DNA of 64,000 nt from Eledone cirrhosa (taxonomy: Eukaryota). The position numbers and the translations under genes are program-made. The notes under the pieces were generated by a model. That model was given only the letters and a program-made list of their open reading frames with translations. It had not been told where the DNA came from and did not search any database. Each line of letters starts with the position of its first letter. Position 1 is the stretch's first letter. The stretch lies in the NCBI GenBank assembly GCA_964016885.1, contig OZ024740.1:414408001-414472000 (forward strand). Reading direction: 5' to 3'. This document shows, in pieces, positions 11,040-23,955 of this stretch.

Positions 11040-13739
11040 ATTAGCATTTAACAATTAATATTCTACCATACTATTTCATTATAATATCATTATAATTTTA
11101 AAGGATTGTAAATAAAACGAGTAAATCAGACAAAGTTGGAATTCCTTTTATTAATATAATCTTCTATACACAATCATACACACCCGTGTATATTTATTTA
11201 TTTATTTATATATATATAAATGTTTAATCAAAGTGGAGGAGGCAGTGCCCATGATTCTTTTTAGGGCTTCTGAGATTGATGGTAAGGAGGTTTCAGGTAA
11301 CCTCAAAAGAAGAACTGGCCCAAATTCTTTCAACAGAGTGGATTACACAAAAGGCAGGTGATGGTGTTAAACTAAGTTACCAAAATAAGTCTACCATCCA
11401 AGCACAACACAGCAAGGGTTAAATTCAGAATGGAGAATCAAAACAAGTACTGCAATACATCATGTTCAGCACTCTAATAATTATACCAGTCTACCACCTT
11501 TTACTGACCATAAAAAGATGAAAGGCAAAATTGACCACAGCAAGATTTTAACTCAGAGTGCAAAGAACGAGAAAAAAGCTGCCAAATATTTTGTTCAATG
11601 CTCCAATGACATTGTCAATTTGTGACTCATTGGTGGTGGTGGTGGCAGTTGTGGTGTTGATGAAATATGTTTAAGCTAAAAACTTCATAAAATCATGTAC
11701 AGCAATCAAAGACTAAGGATTTAAACTCATTCACTATCAATACCACACTGCATTCTCTCAGTTTCTTCTACTGCTACTACAATGGTTCTGTGAAGTATGG
11801 CACTGAACACTACACTGTTCAAACCTGTCTCTCTTCATTTGTCATGCTACAAATATTCTGAATAAGCACTCTAATATTCCCATAAAACATCTGAGATAAG
11901 CATTATCATTTTTACATTCACTTTTCCATACTGACATGAGTTAGACAGGGTGTTTTGAGACACTGTTTTACAGCTGGATGCCCTTCCTGATACTAACCAT
12001 TTTAGTCACTTCATACAACATGAGGGATATAGTGTTTCTATTACTTAAACCAAGATACACATAGTAGCTGGAATAGAAATTATAACAGAAGACTACAAGA
12101 ACTCTGCAGTTCTTGCTCACTTTTCTACCAAAGTTTTCTCTGTAGAGATTGATACATAAAAGTTCAACTGAACATCAACTACATCCATCTCACAAGTCTG
12201 GGATGACATCACAAAAGCTATAGGTCATGAAATTCCCCTTCCTCAGATTAAATAATCATTTCTAAGAGAGGCACAAAGCTGCAGGTTTTGTGAGGAAGAG
12301 TACAGTCAATTAAATCAATCTCCTCTCCCCACAGTTCTTCACTATTCACCATTTTATTGACTCCAAAAGGATGAAAGGTAAGGATAACTTTGGCAAAACT
12401 TGAACAAAATAGTAAAAGGCATGATGTCTGATGTTCTACTAATTCTACCATCCACCACTGTCCCAGCTGGTTATAACTAAATAATGATTTCCAGCATAGA
12501 TACAAGGTCACAAATTTGGGAGCAGAGTTAGTCAATTATTTTTCTGCCAAACACTTCACCTGCAATATGATGTGATATTCTAATCAACTAATAATTAACT
12601 ATTATATCTACATATGGACCCATTATTTCAATGTAATTTATACAATTATTATTGAAACCAATACATAAAAGCAAATGGTTTAGTAGTTAAGGAGTTCAAC
12701 TCATGATTGTAAGGCTGTGAGTTTGATTGCCTACTCATAGTGAAGTTCTTGAGAAAGACACATTATTTCAGGTTATTCAGGTTCACTCAACTGGAAAAGA
12801 ATGAGGTGTACCTGTTATTCAAATGGCCAGTCTTGTCATATATACTGTATCATGATGAAACACCTTGAGAACTATGTTCAGGTTACAAGTGTATATGGAA
12901 TGCTCAGTCTCTTGCATGGTAATTTCACAAGCAGGCTGTTCTGTTGACTAAGCAACTTGAACACTCATTGTCAGGACTGAAAGAGGTCTGACAACGACCT
13001 AAAAACAATTACATAATAGAAGAGCTATTTTAGCTATCTAGAAACCTGCCCCAGTTCACTGAGCAGGAAAAAATCAGTTGTACTTGTTATTCACTGGACC
13101 AACTTTGTCACACACAGTGTGAGACCTGTCAACTCTCCCATTTGACAGAGAGATCTCCCACCCACTTTGGGGTGGATGAGAAATGGGTATAGCTTTCATT
13201 ATGTAAAATCTCTCCATTTTGCCTCATATTTTCATATTTCGGGGCATTTTTTTCATGGTACTCCCGATTTGGGTTTTTAGAGGTTGGTAGGTCTGCAGTG
13301 GCATGCTGAAACTCCCCAAGAACTATATTTACAATACATGTGTTCGTGGAATGCAAAGCCATTTGCATGGTAATTTCTCAGAGCTGATTTAAGTCCCACA
13401 TTAGCCTAAAAGCAAATACATAACATAAGGGCTATTTTAGCCATCTAGAAAATAATTGCTAAGAGTGCAATGAAAATGTTGACACCATGAAATAAATGAA
13501 AAGCATATATAATGGTTTATGTGTGTTTTTAGATGGAAAAAATGATTTTTACATAATATAATTGCTTCAGTTTCACCACAAGGTCCCAGATCAACTCACT
13601 AACTAAACAACTACAAATCTGCAATATTAAAAGAAAATATATTAATCTATAAGTGTTAATGTATCCTCTTTGAATTTCATTTTTTGTGTACCTTATTCAT
13701 TGTTTTGTTTGTTTGTTTTTCATTTTATAACTCATATTT

Positions 13740-14567
13740 AAGAATGGGATGGAAGAAGTTTAGGGAACTACTACCACTGCTAGCTGCAAAAGGCTTCTCC
13801 CTCAGAATGAAAGGCAGACTGTATGATGCGTGTATCCGAACAGTAATGTTGCATGGTGGTGAGACTTGGGCGCTGAAGGTGGAAGACTTACGTAGATTAG
13901 AGAGAAACGAAGCCTGCATGCTCCGATGGATGTGTAACAGTAATATACGTGAACGACAAAGCATAAATGAATTGAGAGAGAGAGTGAGCATAAGAGGAAT
14001 CAAATGCTGTGTGCAGGAGAGGCGGTTGCGCTGGTATGGACATGTGATACGTATGAAGGATGACAGCTGCATAAAAAGGTGCAGAGCACTAGAAGTCGAT
14101 GGAAACCACGGAGTGAGGAGACCCAAGATGACCTGGGATGAGGTGATAAAAGCCGACCTTACCCAATTACACCTCTAAAAGGCAATGACACACAACCGTG
14201 ACCTCTGGCATCACACAGTAATACAGAGTACCCGACCTCCCATGGGTACAAGCTGAAGCATATAGACAATATGCCCCCCACCCCCACCCCTCACCGCAAG
14301 GTGGCCGTGGAGGTGCCACGGCAAAAAAGCACCCAGCCCACACTGTAAAGTGGACGTGTAGGTGCCATGAAAAAGCACCCAGCACTCACTGTAAATGAGG
14401 TTGGTGTTAGGAAGGGCATCCAGCTGTAGAAATCAAGCCAAATCAGTTCCTGTATGAGCAAGGCATGGTCAGCCGACCAGACACTGCCCACAACAGGACA
14501 ACCCATCTAACCCATGCTAGCGTGGAAGAACGGACGTAAAACGGTGATGATGATGATGATGATGATG
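13740..14567 (+). mobile_element. Heavily 5'-truncated RTE LINE (subfamily 1)
   Basis: ORF 13684..14178 (GWKKFRELLPLL...RRLRWYGHV). The 3' UTR is nearly identical to 27780-28170 and ends in a GAT tail. Confidence 0.93.
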
Positions 14568-14959
14568 ATATTTAAAGTGCTTATTCAAATAATTTGCCAC
14601 ACGAGTAAAGTTACGAAAACCCCACCACCACCAAAAAAAAAAAAAAAAAATTTTTTTCATTTCCTTAATAAACCAGGATAACAAAATTTTGCCTCCATAA
14701 TTTCCAGTAATGAAGTACCAGGACAGACAATTAGGCAAAAGTTCCAATTATGAAATTGGACCAGAACTATAACATTTAATGTTTTGGACATTTGATATTT
14801 TGGATTAGCCAAACAATAAGGATAATGTTGATGACGATGATGATGATGGCAGCAGTGCCTATGTAGGAGTTGATGTTCATGGTGCTGGCAGTGGCAACAG
14901 TGGTGGCACTGTTGCACAATAAAAAAGAGAAGAGATTTTAACAGAAGTAGCCGGCTTAC

Positions 14960-15046
14960 CAGGAAAGGCACCAACAGGATGTAGCAAGCCATCAGCTTGT
15001 AATTCATAGAGTTCCTCGTCATCAGCATGCATTTCTGGTTCCAGAT
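14960..15046 (-). CDS. Exon C: acidic linker
   Basis: Acceptor ccttttggcag and donor gtaagc. The 87 nt (phase 1-1) read in frame as NLEPEMHADDEELYELQADGLLHPVGAFP. Confidence 0.75.
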
Positions 15047-15176
15047 CTGCCAAAAGGTAATACAGATAAATATAGTTAGTCATTATTGAAGCCCATATAT
15101 GTGTGTGTGTGTGTGTGTGTGCGCGTGCGTGCGTCCGTGTGTGTGTATTTGATAATATACTGAATGTTTATTTAAA

Positions 15177-15211
<35 letters not shown>

Positions 15212-15346
15212 AATGAGTTAAATGGTTTGATTATCATTCAACAAAGTTAATTTTATAACAGATTTGAAGAACTCTACAGTTTTTTCTGGAGTATTATTAA
15301 TATTAACAATATTAATAAATGGAAAATATCTTTATAATACCATATT

Positions 15347-15406
15347 TATTTTATTATACATACTTCAAGTACACAAAATGTTAGTGTGCTTTCATCAGAT
15401 AAAATA
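15347..15406 (-). ncRNA. Hammerhead motif (left arm of second fold-back; GAAA changed to GAAG)
   Basis: UAUUUUAU-CUGAUGA-stem II-GAAG-UAUGUA-UA/AUAAAAUA, with stem I paired at 8 of 8. A third, deleted copy lies at 2311-2430. Confidence 0.55.
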
Positions 15407-15492
15407 TAATTGTTTCTACTTTTGGCACAAGGCCAGCAATTACCCAGTACATTCTAAGCTAAGGTATGTCAATATCTTAACCCCAAATATTA

Positions 15493-15552
15493 TATTCTAT
15501 CTGATGAAAGCACACTAAAACTTTGTGTCCTTGAAATATGTATAATAAAATA
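15493..15552 (+). ncRNA. Minimal hammerhead ribozyme motif (right arm of second fold-back)
   Basis: UAUUCUAU-CUGAUGA-AAGCACAC..UGUGUCCUU-GAAA-UAUGUA-UA/AUAAAAUA, with stem I paired at 7 of 8 positions. Confidence 0.62.
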
Positions 15553-15686
15553 AATATGGTATTATAAAGATATTTTCTATTTATTAATATTGTTAATATA
15601 TATATATATACATACGTATATAGCTGATAACGGAGAGAAAAGAGTACACAATACCGAAGAAGAGTTTAAATAATAATTTTATTAAG

Positions 15687-15737
15687 TTCTTGTCTGATGA
15701 CTCTGTATTAAGCAAGTGAAACACCACAGTAACAAGA
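15687..15737 (+). ncRNA. Hammerhead motif
   Basis: UCUUGU-CUGAUGA-(imperfect stem II)-GAAAC-ACCACA-GUA/ACAAGA, with a perfect 6-bp stem I. Confidence 0.6.
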
Positions 15738-15802
15738 CTCACTAAAGCCTTAGTAAAATGAATAAATATATATCATCATCATCATCGTTTAACGTCCATC
15801 TT

Positions 15803-15889
<87 letters not shown>

Positions 15890-16039
15890 TACATATATAC
15901 ACATTGAAGGACTAGCATCCGTAATGTTAAGACTCTTATCCTAGTGTATTAAGCGTAAAACTAATATAGTTCTCCATTGTACAGTGTTACTTGCTTTGTT
16001 ATTTTTGTTTGTCTTGGAAAAATTGACGTAAAACAATGA

Positions 16040-16091
<52 letters not shown>

Positions 16092-17036
16092 CCACCTCCC
16101 TATCCTGGAGGCCTACATGACCAGAGAAATGGCCTGCCCAATATAACATGAAATATTTTTAAGAGAGGTCTTCCTTCATTGCCCTGAGCATGTAGGTGTC
16201 ATATATTTCAATAAACTGTTATATCCCTTAACAAGAAAATGGTACTGTTATACAGTTACCCACAAGAAAATGTTAGTTGTTAACACTATTCGACAGTTTT
16301 AATTAAAATCAGATTTCACTGGAATTTCAAATTAAAGTAAAGATGACAACTTCTATCTATCATGACCAACTTGCCATCCATTCACCTGCCAAGTTACTAA
16401 TTCAAATATGTGATTAGGACTGACAAATAAGAATAAGCCTCACTTATCATCCAATTGCAAATAGCATCTTACTGAGAAACCACAATCACTTCTCCACACA
16501 GAATCCAAGTGTCTGAATGATCATCAAGTATGTTTTTATAATCTATATATAAATTTGTGCAATTCTGTCACAACACGTCTATTGCCTGTGTGAATGTATG
16601 TCTGTGAGTGTGTATTTTTGTAAGCGTGTCTGTGTTTGTGTGTTTATATTTATATACTCATACATATAAATATGCACATACACACCTCTACACATATGCA
16701 TCAGCGTATAGAAAAAAATTCTAGTCTCAGGAACTTTTAGTAAAGCAAATTATATAAATATATATATACAAATAACTTTTTAATTAATATATATATATGA
16801 ATTAAAAAGTTATTTGTTTCTAATACTTAGGCATTTCAATGATTGGATAAAATATACAGATAAAATATCACTCAGGGAAGTAATTTCTCCCCTGACAATA
16901 GAATAAGTTCTTCCAATATTGGTTGTTCCAATGATTTGAAATAATTAATATTGTTTCTTTTATTCTTGAAACCATGGTAGGGAGACAATTATATGAGGTA
17001 GACTAACTTATTTTAGTTGGTTTGACTTATACTTCC

Positions 17037-17104
<68 letters not shown>

Positions 17105-17121
17105 TATATATATATATATGC

Positions 17122-17188
<67 letters not shown>

Positions 17189-17205
17189 TATATATATATA
17201 TATAC

Positions 17206-17254
<49 letters not shown>

Positions 17255-17255
<1 letters not shown>

Positions 17256-17600
17256 TGTAAAAGGTAAACAGAAATAACAACGTAATCGGTACAGTATATG
17301 GAAGGGATATATTAGGTTAAGGCTTGATATAGCAGGAAGAGGGTTTTAACGTTTCGGACGCTAGTCCTTCATCAGAAGAAAGAATGAGAAATAAGAGAGA
17401 TAGAGGGGACGGGCGGGTTAGAAAAAAAGTTCTTAGATAAAAATAACAGGTCCATTCATTTTGACATCGCTTGAGAGTAGAATGGAGCTGGCGGAGAAAA
17501 GATTTGAGATTGGGCATATTAAAGGTGGGAGTGTAAAATAGACGGGTGAGAAGAAAAGGGTGGTGTAGAAGATTGTAGTAGAGGAAAAGTGGTAGAGAGT
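17255..17600 (-). mobile_element. Penelope-like element 3' fragment/pLTR (related pieces at 738-843 minus and 15905-16015 plus)
   Basis: Contains CTGATGAAGGACTAGCGTCCGAAACGTT and abuts (TA)n. ORF 17317..17517 KRCQNE...FYLRT loosely resembles a GIY-YIG C-terminal helix. Confidence 0.6.
17344..17380 (-). ncRNA. Minimal hammerhead ribozyme motif
   Basis: CUGAUGA-A-GGAC(UAGC)GUCC-GAAACGUUA, with palindromic AACGUU in place of stem III and a weak stem I. Confidence 0.65.
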
Positions 17601-17601
17601 C

Positions 17602-20600
17602 GTGGTATCAGTGGTAGTGGTATCAGTGGTAGTGGTGTCAGTGGTAGTGGTATCAGTGGTAGTGGTGTCAGTGGTAGTGGTATCAGTGGTAGTGGTGTCA
17701 GTGGTAGTGGTGTCAGTGGTAGGGGTATCAGTGGTAGTGGTATCAGTGGTAGTGGTATCAGTGGTAGGGGTATCAGTGGTAGTGGTATCAGTGGTAGTGG
17801 TATCAGTGGTAGTGGTATCAGTGGTAGGGGTATCAGTGGTAGGTGTATCAGTGGTAGTGGTATTAGTGGTAGTGTTATCAGAGGTATCAGTGGTAGTGGT
17901 ATCAGTGGTAGTGGTATCAGTGGTAGTGGTGTCAGTGGTAGGGGTATCAGTGGTAGTGGTATCAGTGGTAGGGGTATCAGTGGTAGGGGTATCAGTGGTA
18001 GGGGTATCAGTGGTAGTGGTGTCAGTGGTAGTGGTATCACTGGTAGTGGTATCAGTGGTAGTGGTATCAGTGGTAGTGGTATCAGTGGTAGTGGTATCAG
18101 TGGTAGTGGTGTCAGTGGTAGTGGTGTCAGTGGTAGTGGTATCAGTGGTAGTGGTATCAGTGGTAGTGGTATCAGTGGTAGTGGTATCAGTGGTATCAGT
18201 GGTAGTGGTATCAGTGGTATCAGTGGTAGTGGTATCAGTGGTAGTGGTATCAATGGTAGTGGTATCAGTGGTAGTGGTATCAGTGGTAGTGGTATTAGTG
18301 GTAGTGGTATCAGTGGTTTGTGGTATTAGTGGTAGCGGTATCAGTGGTAGAGGTATCAGTGTTAGTGGTGTCAGTGGTAGCGGTATCTGTGGTAGTGGTA
18401 TCAGTTGTAGTGGTATTAGTGGTAGTGGTATCAGTGGTTTGTGGTATTAGTGGTAGTGGTATCAGTGGTAGAGGTATCAGTGTTAGTGGTGTCAGTGGTA
18501 GCGGTATCTGTGGTAGTGGTATCAGTGGTAGCGGTATCAGTTGTAGTGGTATCTGTGGTAGTGGTATCTGTGGTAGTGGTATCTGTGGTAGTGGTATCTG
18601 TGGTAGCGGTATCAGTGGTAGTGGTATCTGTGGTAGTGGTATCTGTGGTAGCGGTATCAGTGGTAGCGGTATCAGTGGTAGTGGTATCAGTGGTAGAGGT
18701 TTCAGTGGTAGTGGTATCTGTGGTAGTGGTAATTGTGGTAGTGGTATCTGTGGTAGTGGTATCTGTGGTAGTGGTATCTGTGGTAGTGGTATCTGTGGTA
18801 GCGGTATCAGTGGTAGTGGTATCTGTGGTAGCGGTATCAGTGGTAGTGGTATCAGTGGTAGAGGTTTCAGTGGTAGTGGTATCTGTGGTAGTGGTAATTG
18901 TGGTAGTGGTATCAGTGGTAGAGGTTTCAGTGGTAGTGGTATCAGTGGTAGAGGTTTCAGTGGTAGGGGTATCAGTGGTAGTGGTATCAGTGGTGGTGTA
19001 TAAGTGGTAGTGGTATCAGTGGTAGTGGTATTAGTGGTAGCGGTATCAGTGGTAGTGGTATCAGTGGTAGAGGTATCAGTGGTAGTGGTATCAGTGGTAG
19101 GGGTTTCAGTGGTAGGGGTATCAGTGGTAGTGGTATCAGTGGTATTGGTATTAATGGTATCAGTGGTAGCGGTATTAGTGGTAGTGGTAGTGGTATCAGT
19201 GGTAGTGGTATCAGTGGTAGTGGTATCAGTGGTAGTGGTATCAGTGGTAGGGGTATCAGTGGTAACGGTATCAGTGGTAGAGGTATCAGTGGTAGGGGTA
19301 TCAGTGGTAGTGGTATCAGTGGTAGTGGTATTAATGGTATCAGTGGTAGAGGTATTAGTGGTAGAGGTATCAGTGGTAGAGGTATCAGTGGTAGTGGTAT
19401 CAGTGGTAGTGGTATCAGTGGTAGTGGTATCAGTGGTAGAGGTACAGTGGTAGAGGTATCAGTGGTAGTGGTATTAGTGGTAGTGGTATCAATGGTATCA
19501 GTGGTAGAGGTATCAGTGGTAGTGGTATGAGTGGTAGAGGTATCTGTGGTAGTGGTATCAGTGGTAGTGGTATCAGTGGTAGTGGTATGAGTGGTAGAGG
19601 TATCAGTGGTTGTGGTGTCAGTGGTAGTGGTATCAGTGGTAGTGGTAGTGGTATCAGTGGTAGTGGTATCAGTGGTAGTGGTATCAGTGGTAGTGGTATC
19701 AGAGGTTGTGGTATCAGTGCTAGTGGTATCAGTGGTGGTGTATCAGTGGTAGTGGTATCAGTGGTGGTGTATCAGTGGTAGTGGTATTAGTGGTAGCTGT
19801 ATCAGTGGTAGTGGTATCAGTGGTAGTGGTATCAGTGGTAGTGGTATCAGTGGTAGTGGTATCAGTGGTAGAGGTATCAGTGGTAGTGGTATAAGTGGTA
19901 GAGGTATCAGTGGTAAAGGTATCAGTGGTAGTGGTATCAGTGGTAGTGGTATCAGTGGTAGTGGTATCAATAGTAGTGGTATCAGTGGTATCGGTATCAG
20001 TGGTAGTGGTATCAGGTATCAGTGGTAGTGACATCAGTAGTAGAGGTATCAGTGGTAGTGGTATTAGTGGTAGTGGTATCAGTGGTAGTGGTATCAGTGG
20101 TAGTGGTATCAGTGGTAGTGGTATCAGTGGTAGTGGTATCAGTGGTAGTGGTATCAGTGGTAGTGGTATCAGTGGTAGTGGTATCAGTGGTAGAGGTATC
20201 AGTGGTAGAGGTATCAGTGGTAGTGTTATAAGAGGTATCAGTGGTAGTGACATCAGTAGTAGAGGTATCAGTGGTAGTGGTATTAGTGGTAGTGGTATCA
20301 GTGGTAGTGGTATCAGTGGTAGTGGTATTAGTGGTAGTGGTATCAGTGGTAGAGGTATCAGTGGTAGTGGTATCAGTGGTAGTGGTATCAGTGGTAGTGG
20401 TATCAGTGGTAGTGGTATCAGTGGTAGTGGTATCAGTGGTAGTGGTATCAGTGGTAGAGGTATCAGTGGTAGAGGTATCAGTGGTAGTGGTATCAGTGGT
20501 AGTGGTATCAATAGTAGTGGTATCAGTGGTAGTGGTCTCAGTGTTAGTGGTATCAGTGGTAGTGGTATCGGTATTAGTGGTATCAGGTATCAGTGGTAGT

Positions 20601-23600
20601 GGTATCAGTGGTATAGGTATCAGTGGTAGTGGTATTAGTGGTAGAGGTATCAGTGGTAGTGCTATCAGTGGTAGTGGTATCAGTGGTAGTGGTATCAGTG
20701 GTAGAGTATCAGTGGTAGTGGTATCAGTGGTAGAGGTATCAGTGGTAGAGGTATCAGTGGTAGAGGTATCAGTGGTAGAGGTATCAGTGGTAGTGGTATC
20801 AGTGGTAGAGGTATTAGTGGTAGTGGTATCAGTGGTTGTGGTGTCAGTGGTAGTGGTATCAGTGGTTGAGGTATCAGTGGTAGAGGTATCAGTGGTAGGG
20901 GTATTAGTGGTAGGGGTATTAGTGGTAGTGGTATCAGTGGTAGAGGTTTCAGTGGTAGACGTATCAGTGGTAGGGGTATTAGTGGTAGTGGTATCAGTGG
21001 TAGAGGTATCAGTGGTAGAGGTATCAGTGGTAGTGGTATCAGTGGTAGAGGTATCAGTGGTAGAGGTATCAGTGGTAGTGGTATCAGTGGTAGAGGTATC
21101 AGTGGTAGAGGTATCAGTGGTAGTGGTATCAGTGGTAGAGGTATCAGTGGTATCAGTGGTAGAGGTATCACTGGTAGTGGTATCAGTGGTTGTGGTATCA
21201 GTGGTAGTGGTATCAGTGGTTGTGGTATCAGTGGTTGTGGTATCAGTGGTAGTGGTATCAGTGGTAGTGGTATCAGTGGTAGAGGTATTAGTGGTAGAGG
21301 TATCAGTGGTAGCGGTATCAGTGGTAGTGGTATCAGTGGTTGTGGTATCAGTAGTAGCGGTATCAGTGGTAGTGGTATCAGTGGTAGAGGTATCAGTGGT
21401 AGAGGTATCAGTGGTAGTGGTATCACTGGTAGTGGTATCAGTGGTTGTGGTATCAGTGGTAGAGGTATCAGTGGTAGTGGTGTCAGTGGTTGTGGTATCA
21501 GTGGTAGAGGTATCAGTGGTAGTGGTGTCAGTGGTAGACGTATCAGTGGTAGAGGTATCAGTGGTAGTGGTATCAGTGGTAGTGGTATCAGTGGTTGTGG
21601 TGTCAGTGGTAGTGGTATCAGTGGTTGAGGTATCAGTGGTAGAGGTATCAGTGGTAGTGGTGTCAGTGGTAGTGGTATCAGTGGTTGTGGTGTCAGTGGT
21701 AGTGGTATCAGTGGTATCAGTGGTAGTGGTATCAGTGGTAGTGGTATCAGTGGTAGTGGTATCAGTGGTTGTGGTATCAGTGGTAGTGGTATCAGTGGTA
21801 GACGTATCAGTGGTAGAGGTATCAGTGGTAGTGGTATCAGTGGTTGTGGTATCAGTGGTAGTGGTATCAGTGGTAGACGTATCAGTGGTAGAGGTATCAG
21901 TGGTAGTGGTATCAGTGGTAGTGGTATCAGTGGTTGTGGTGTCAGTGGTAGAGGTATCAGTGGTAGAGGTATCAGTGGTAGTGGTGTCAGTGGTAGTGGT
22001 ATCAGTGGTTGTGGTGTCAGTGGTAGTGGTATCAGTGGTAGAGGTTTCAGTGGTAGACGTATCAGTGGTAGGGGTATTAGTGGTAGTGGTATCAGTGGTA
22101 GAGGTATCAGTGGTAGAGGTATCAGTGGTAGTGGTATCACTGGTAGTGGTATCAGTGGTTGTGGTATCAGTGGTAGAGGTATCAGTGGTAGTGGTGTCAG
22201 TGGTTGTGGTATCAGTGGTAGAGGTATCAGTGGTAGTGGTGTCAGTGGTAGACGTATCAGTGGTAGAGGTATCAGTGGTAGTGGTATCAGTGGTAGTGGT
22301 ATCAGTGGTTGTGGTGTCAGTGGTAGTGGTATCAGTGGTTGAGGTATCAGTGGTAGAGGTATCAGTGGTAGTGGTGTCAGTGGTAGTGGTATCAGTGGTA
22401 TCAGTGGTAGTGGTATCAGTGGTAGTGGTATCAGTGGTAGTGGTATCAGTGGTTGTGGTATCAGTGGTAGTGGTATCAGTGGTAGACGTATCAGTGGTAG
22501 AGGTATCAGTGGTAGTGGTATCAGTGGTTGTGGTATCAGTGGTAGTGGTATCAGTGGTAGACGTATCAGTGGTAGAGGTATCAGTGGTAGTGGTATCAGT
22601 GGTAGTGGTATCAGTGGTTGTGGTGTCAGTGGTAGTGGTATCAGTGGTTGAGGTATCAGTGGTAGAGGTATCAGTGGTAGTGGTGTCAGTGGTAGTGGTA
22701 TCAGTGGTAGGGGTATTAGTGGTAGTGGTATCAGTGGTAGAGGTTTCAGTGGTAGACGTATCAGTGGTAGGGGTATTAGTGGTAGTGGTATCAGTGGTAG
22801 AGGTATCAGTGGTAGAGGTATCAGTGGTAGTGGTATCAGTGGTAGAGGTATCAGTGGTAAAGGTATCAGTGGTAGTGGTATCAGTGGTTGTGGTATCAGT
22901 GGTTGTGGTATCAGTGGTAGTGGTATCAGTGGTAGTGGTATCAGTGGTAGAGGTATTAGTGGTAGAGGTATCAGTGGTAGCGGTATCAGTGGTAGTGGTA
23001 TCAGTGGTTGTGGTATCAGTAGTAGCGGTATCAGTGGTAGTGGTATCAGTGGTAGAGGTATCAGTGGTAGAGGTATCAGTGGTAGTGGTATCACTGGTAG
23101 TGGTATCAGTGGTTGTGGTATCAGTGGTAGAGGTATCAGTGGTAGTGGTGTCAGTGGTTGTGGTATCAGTGGTAGAGGTATCAGTGGTAGTGGTGTCAGT
23201 GGTAGACGTATCAGTGGTAGAGGTATCAGTGGTAGTGGTATCAGTGGTAGTGGTATCAGTGGTTGTGGTGTCAGTGGTAGTGGTATCAGTGGTTGAGGTA
23301 TCAGTGGTAGAGGTATCAGTGGTAGTGGTGTCAGTGGTAGTGGTATCAGTGGTTGTGGTGTCAGTGGTAGTGGTATCAGTGGTATCAGTGGTAGTGGTAT
23401 CAGTGGTAGTGGTATCAGTGGTAGTGGTATCAGTGGTTGTGGTATCAGTGGTAGTGGTATCAGTGGTAGACGTATCAGTGGTAGAGGTATCAGTGGTAGT
23501 GGTATCAGTGGTTGTGGTATCAGTGGTAGTGGTATCAGTGGTAGACGTATCAGTGGTAGAGGTATCAGTGGTAGTGGTATCAGTGGTAGTGGTATCAGTG

Positions 23601-23955
23601 GTTGTGGTGTCAGTGGTTGAGGTATCAGTGGTAGAGGTATCAGTGGTAGTGGTGTCAGTGGTAGTGGTATCAGTGGTTGTGGTGTCAGTGGTAGTGGTAT
23701 CAGTGGTAGTGGTATCAGTGGTTGTGGTGTCAGTGGTAGTGGTATCAGTGGTTGAGGTATCAGTGGTAGAGGTATCAGTGGTAGTGGTGTCAGTGGTAGT
23801 GGTATCAGTGGTTGTGGTATCAGTGGTAGTGGTATCAGTGGTTGTGGTGTCAGTGGTAGTGGTATCAGTGGTTGAGGTGTCAGTGGTAGAGGTATCAGTG
23901 GTAGTGGTGTCAGTGGTAGTGGTATCAGTGGTTGTGGTGTCAGTGGTACAGGTAT
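17602..23955. repeat. 15-bp minisatellite (GGTATCAGTGGTAGT)n, ~6.3 kb
   Basis: Directly visible tandem array with variant units (aga/ttg/gac/agg) and occasional 9-bp units. Confidence 0.98.

Larger units (their letters stand above)
10798..11152. repeat. Long near-perfect inverted repeat (arms ~169 bp, 17-nt loop)
   Basis: 10798-10966 is the reverse complement of 10984-11152 with few mismatches. Confidence 0.95.
15301..15598. repeat. Inverted repeat (arms ~110 bp)
   Basis: 15301-15410 pairs with 15489-15598, and the spacer contains a SINE A tail fragment. Confidence 0.92.

Noticed and set aside
12890-13451. 47-bp direct repeat (12998-13044 and 13405-13451) as a TSD of a novel insertion
   Set aside because: Similarity extends upstream into SINE B sequence, so an old tandem duplication fits better. 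A possible small TIR element at 13121-13294 is too weak to call.
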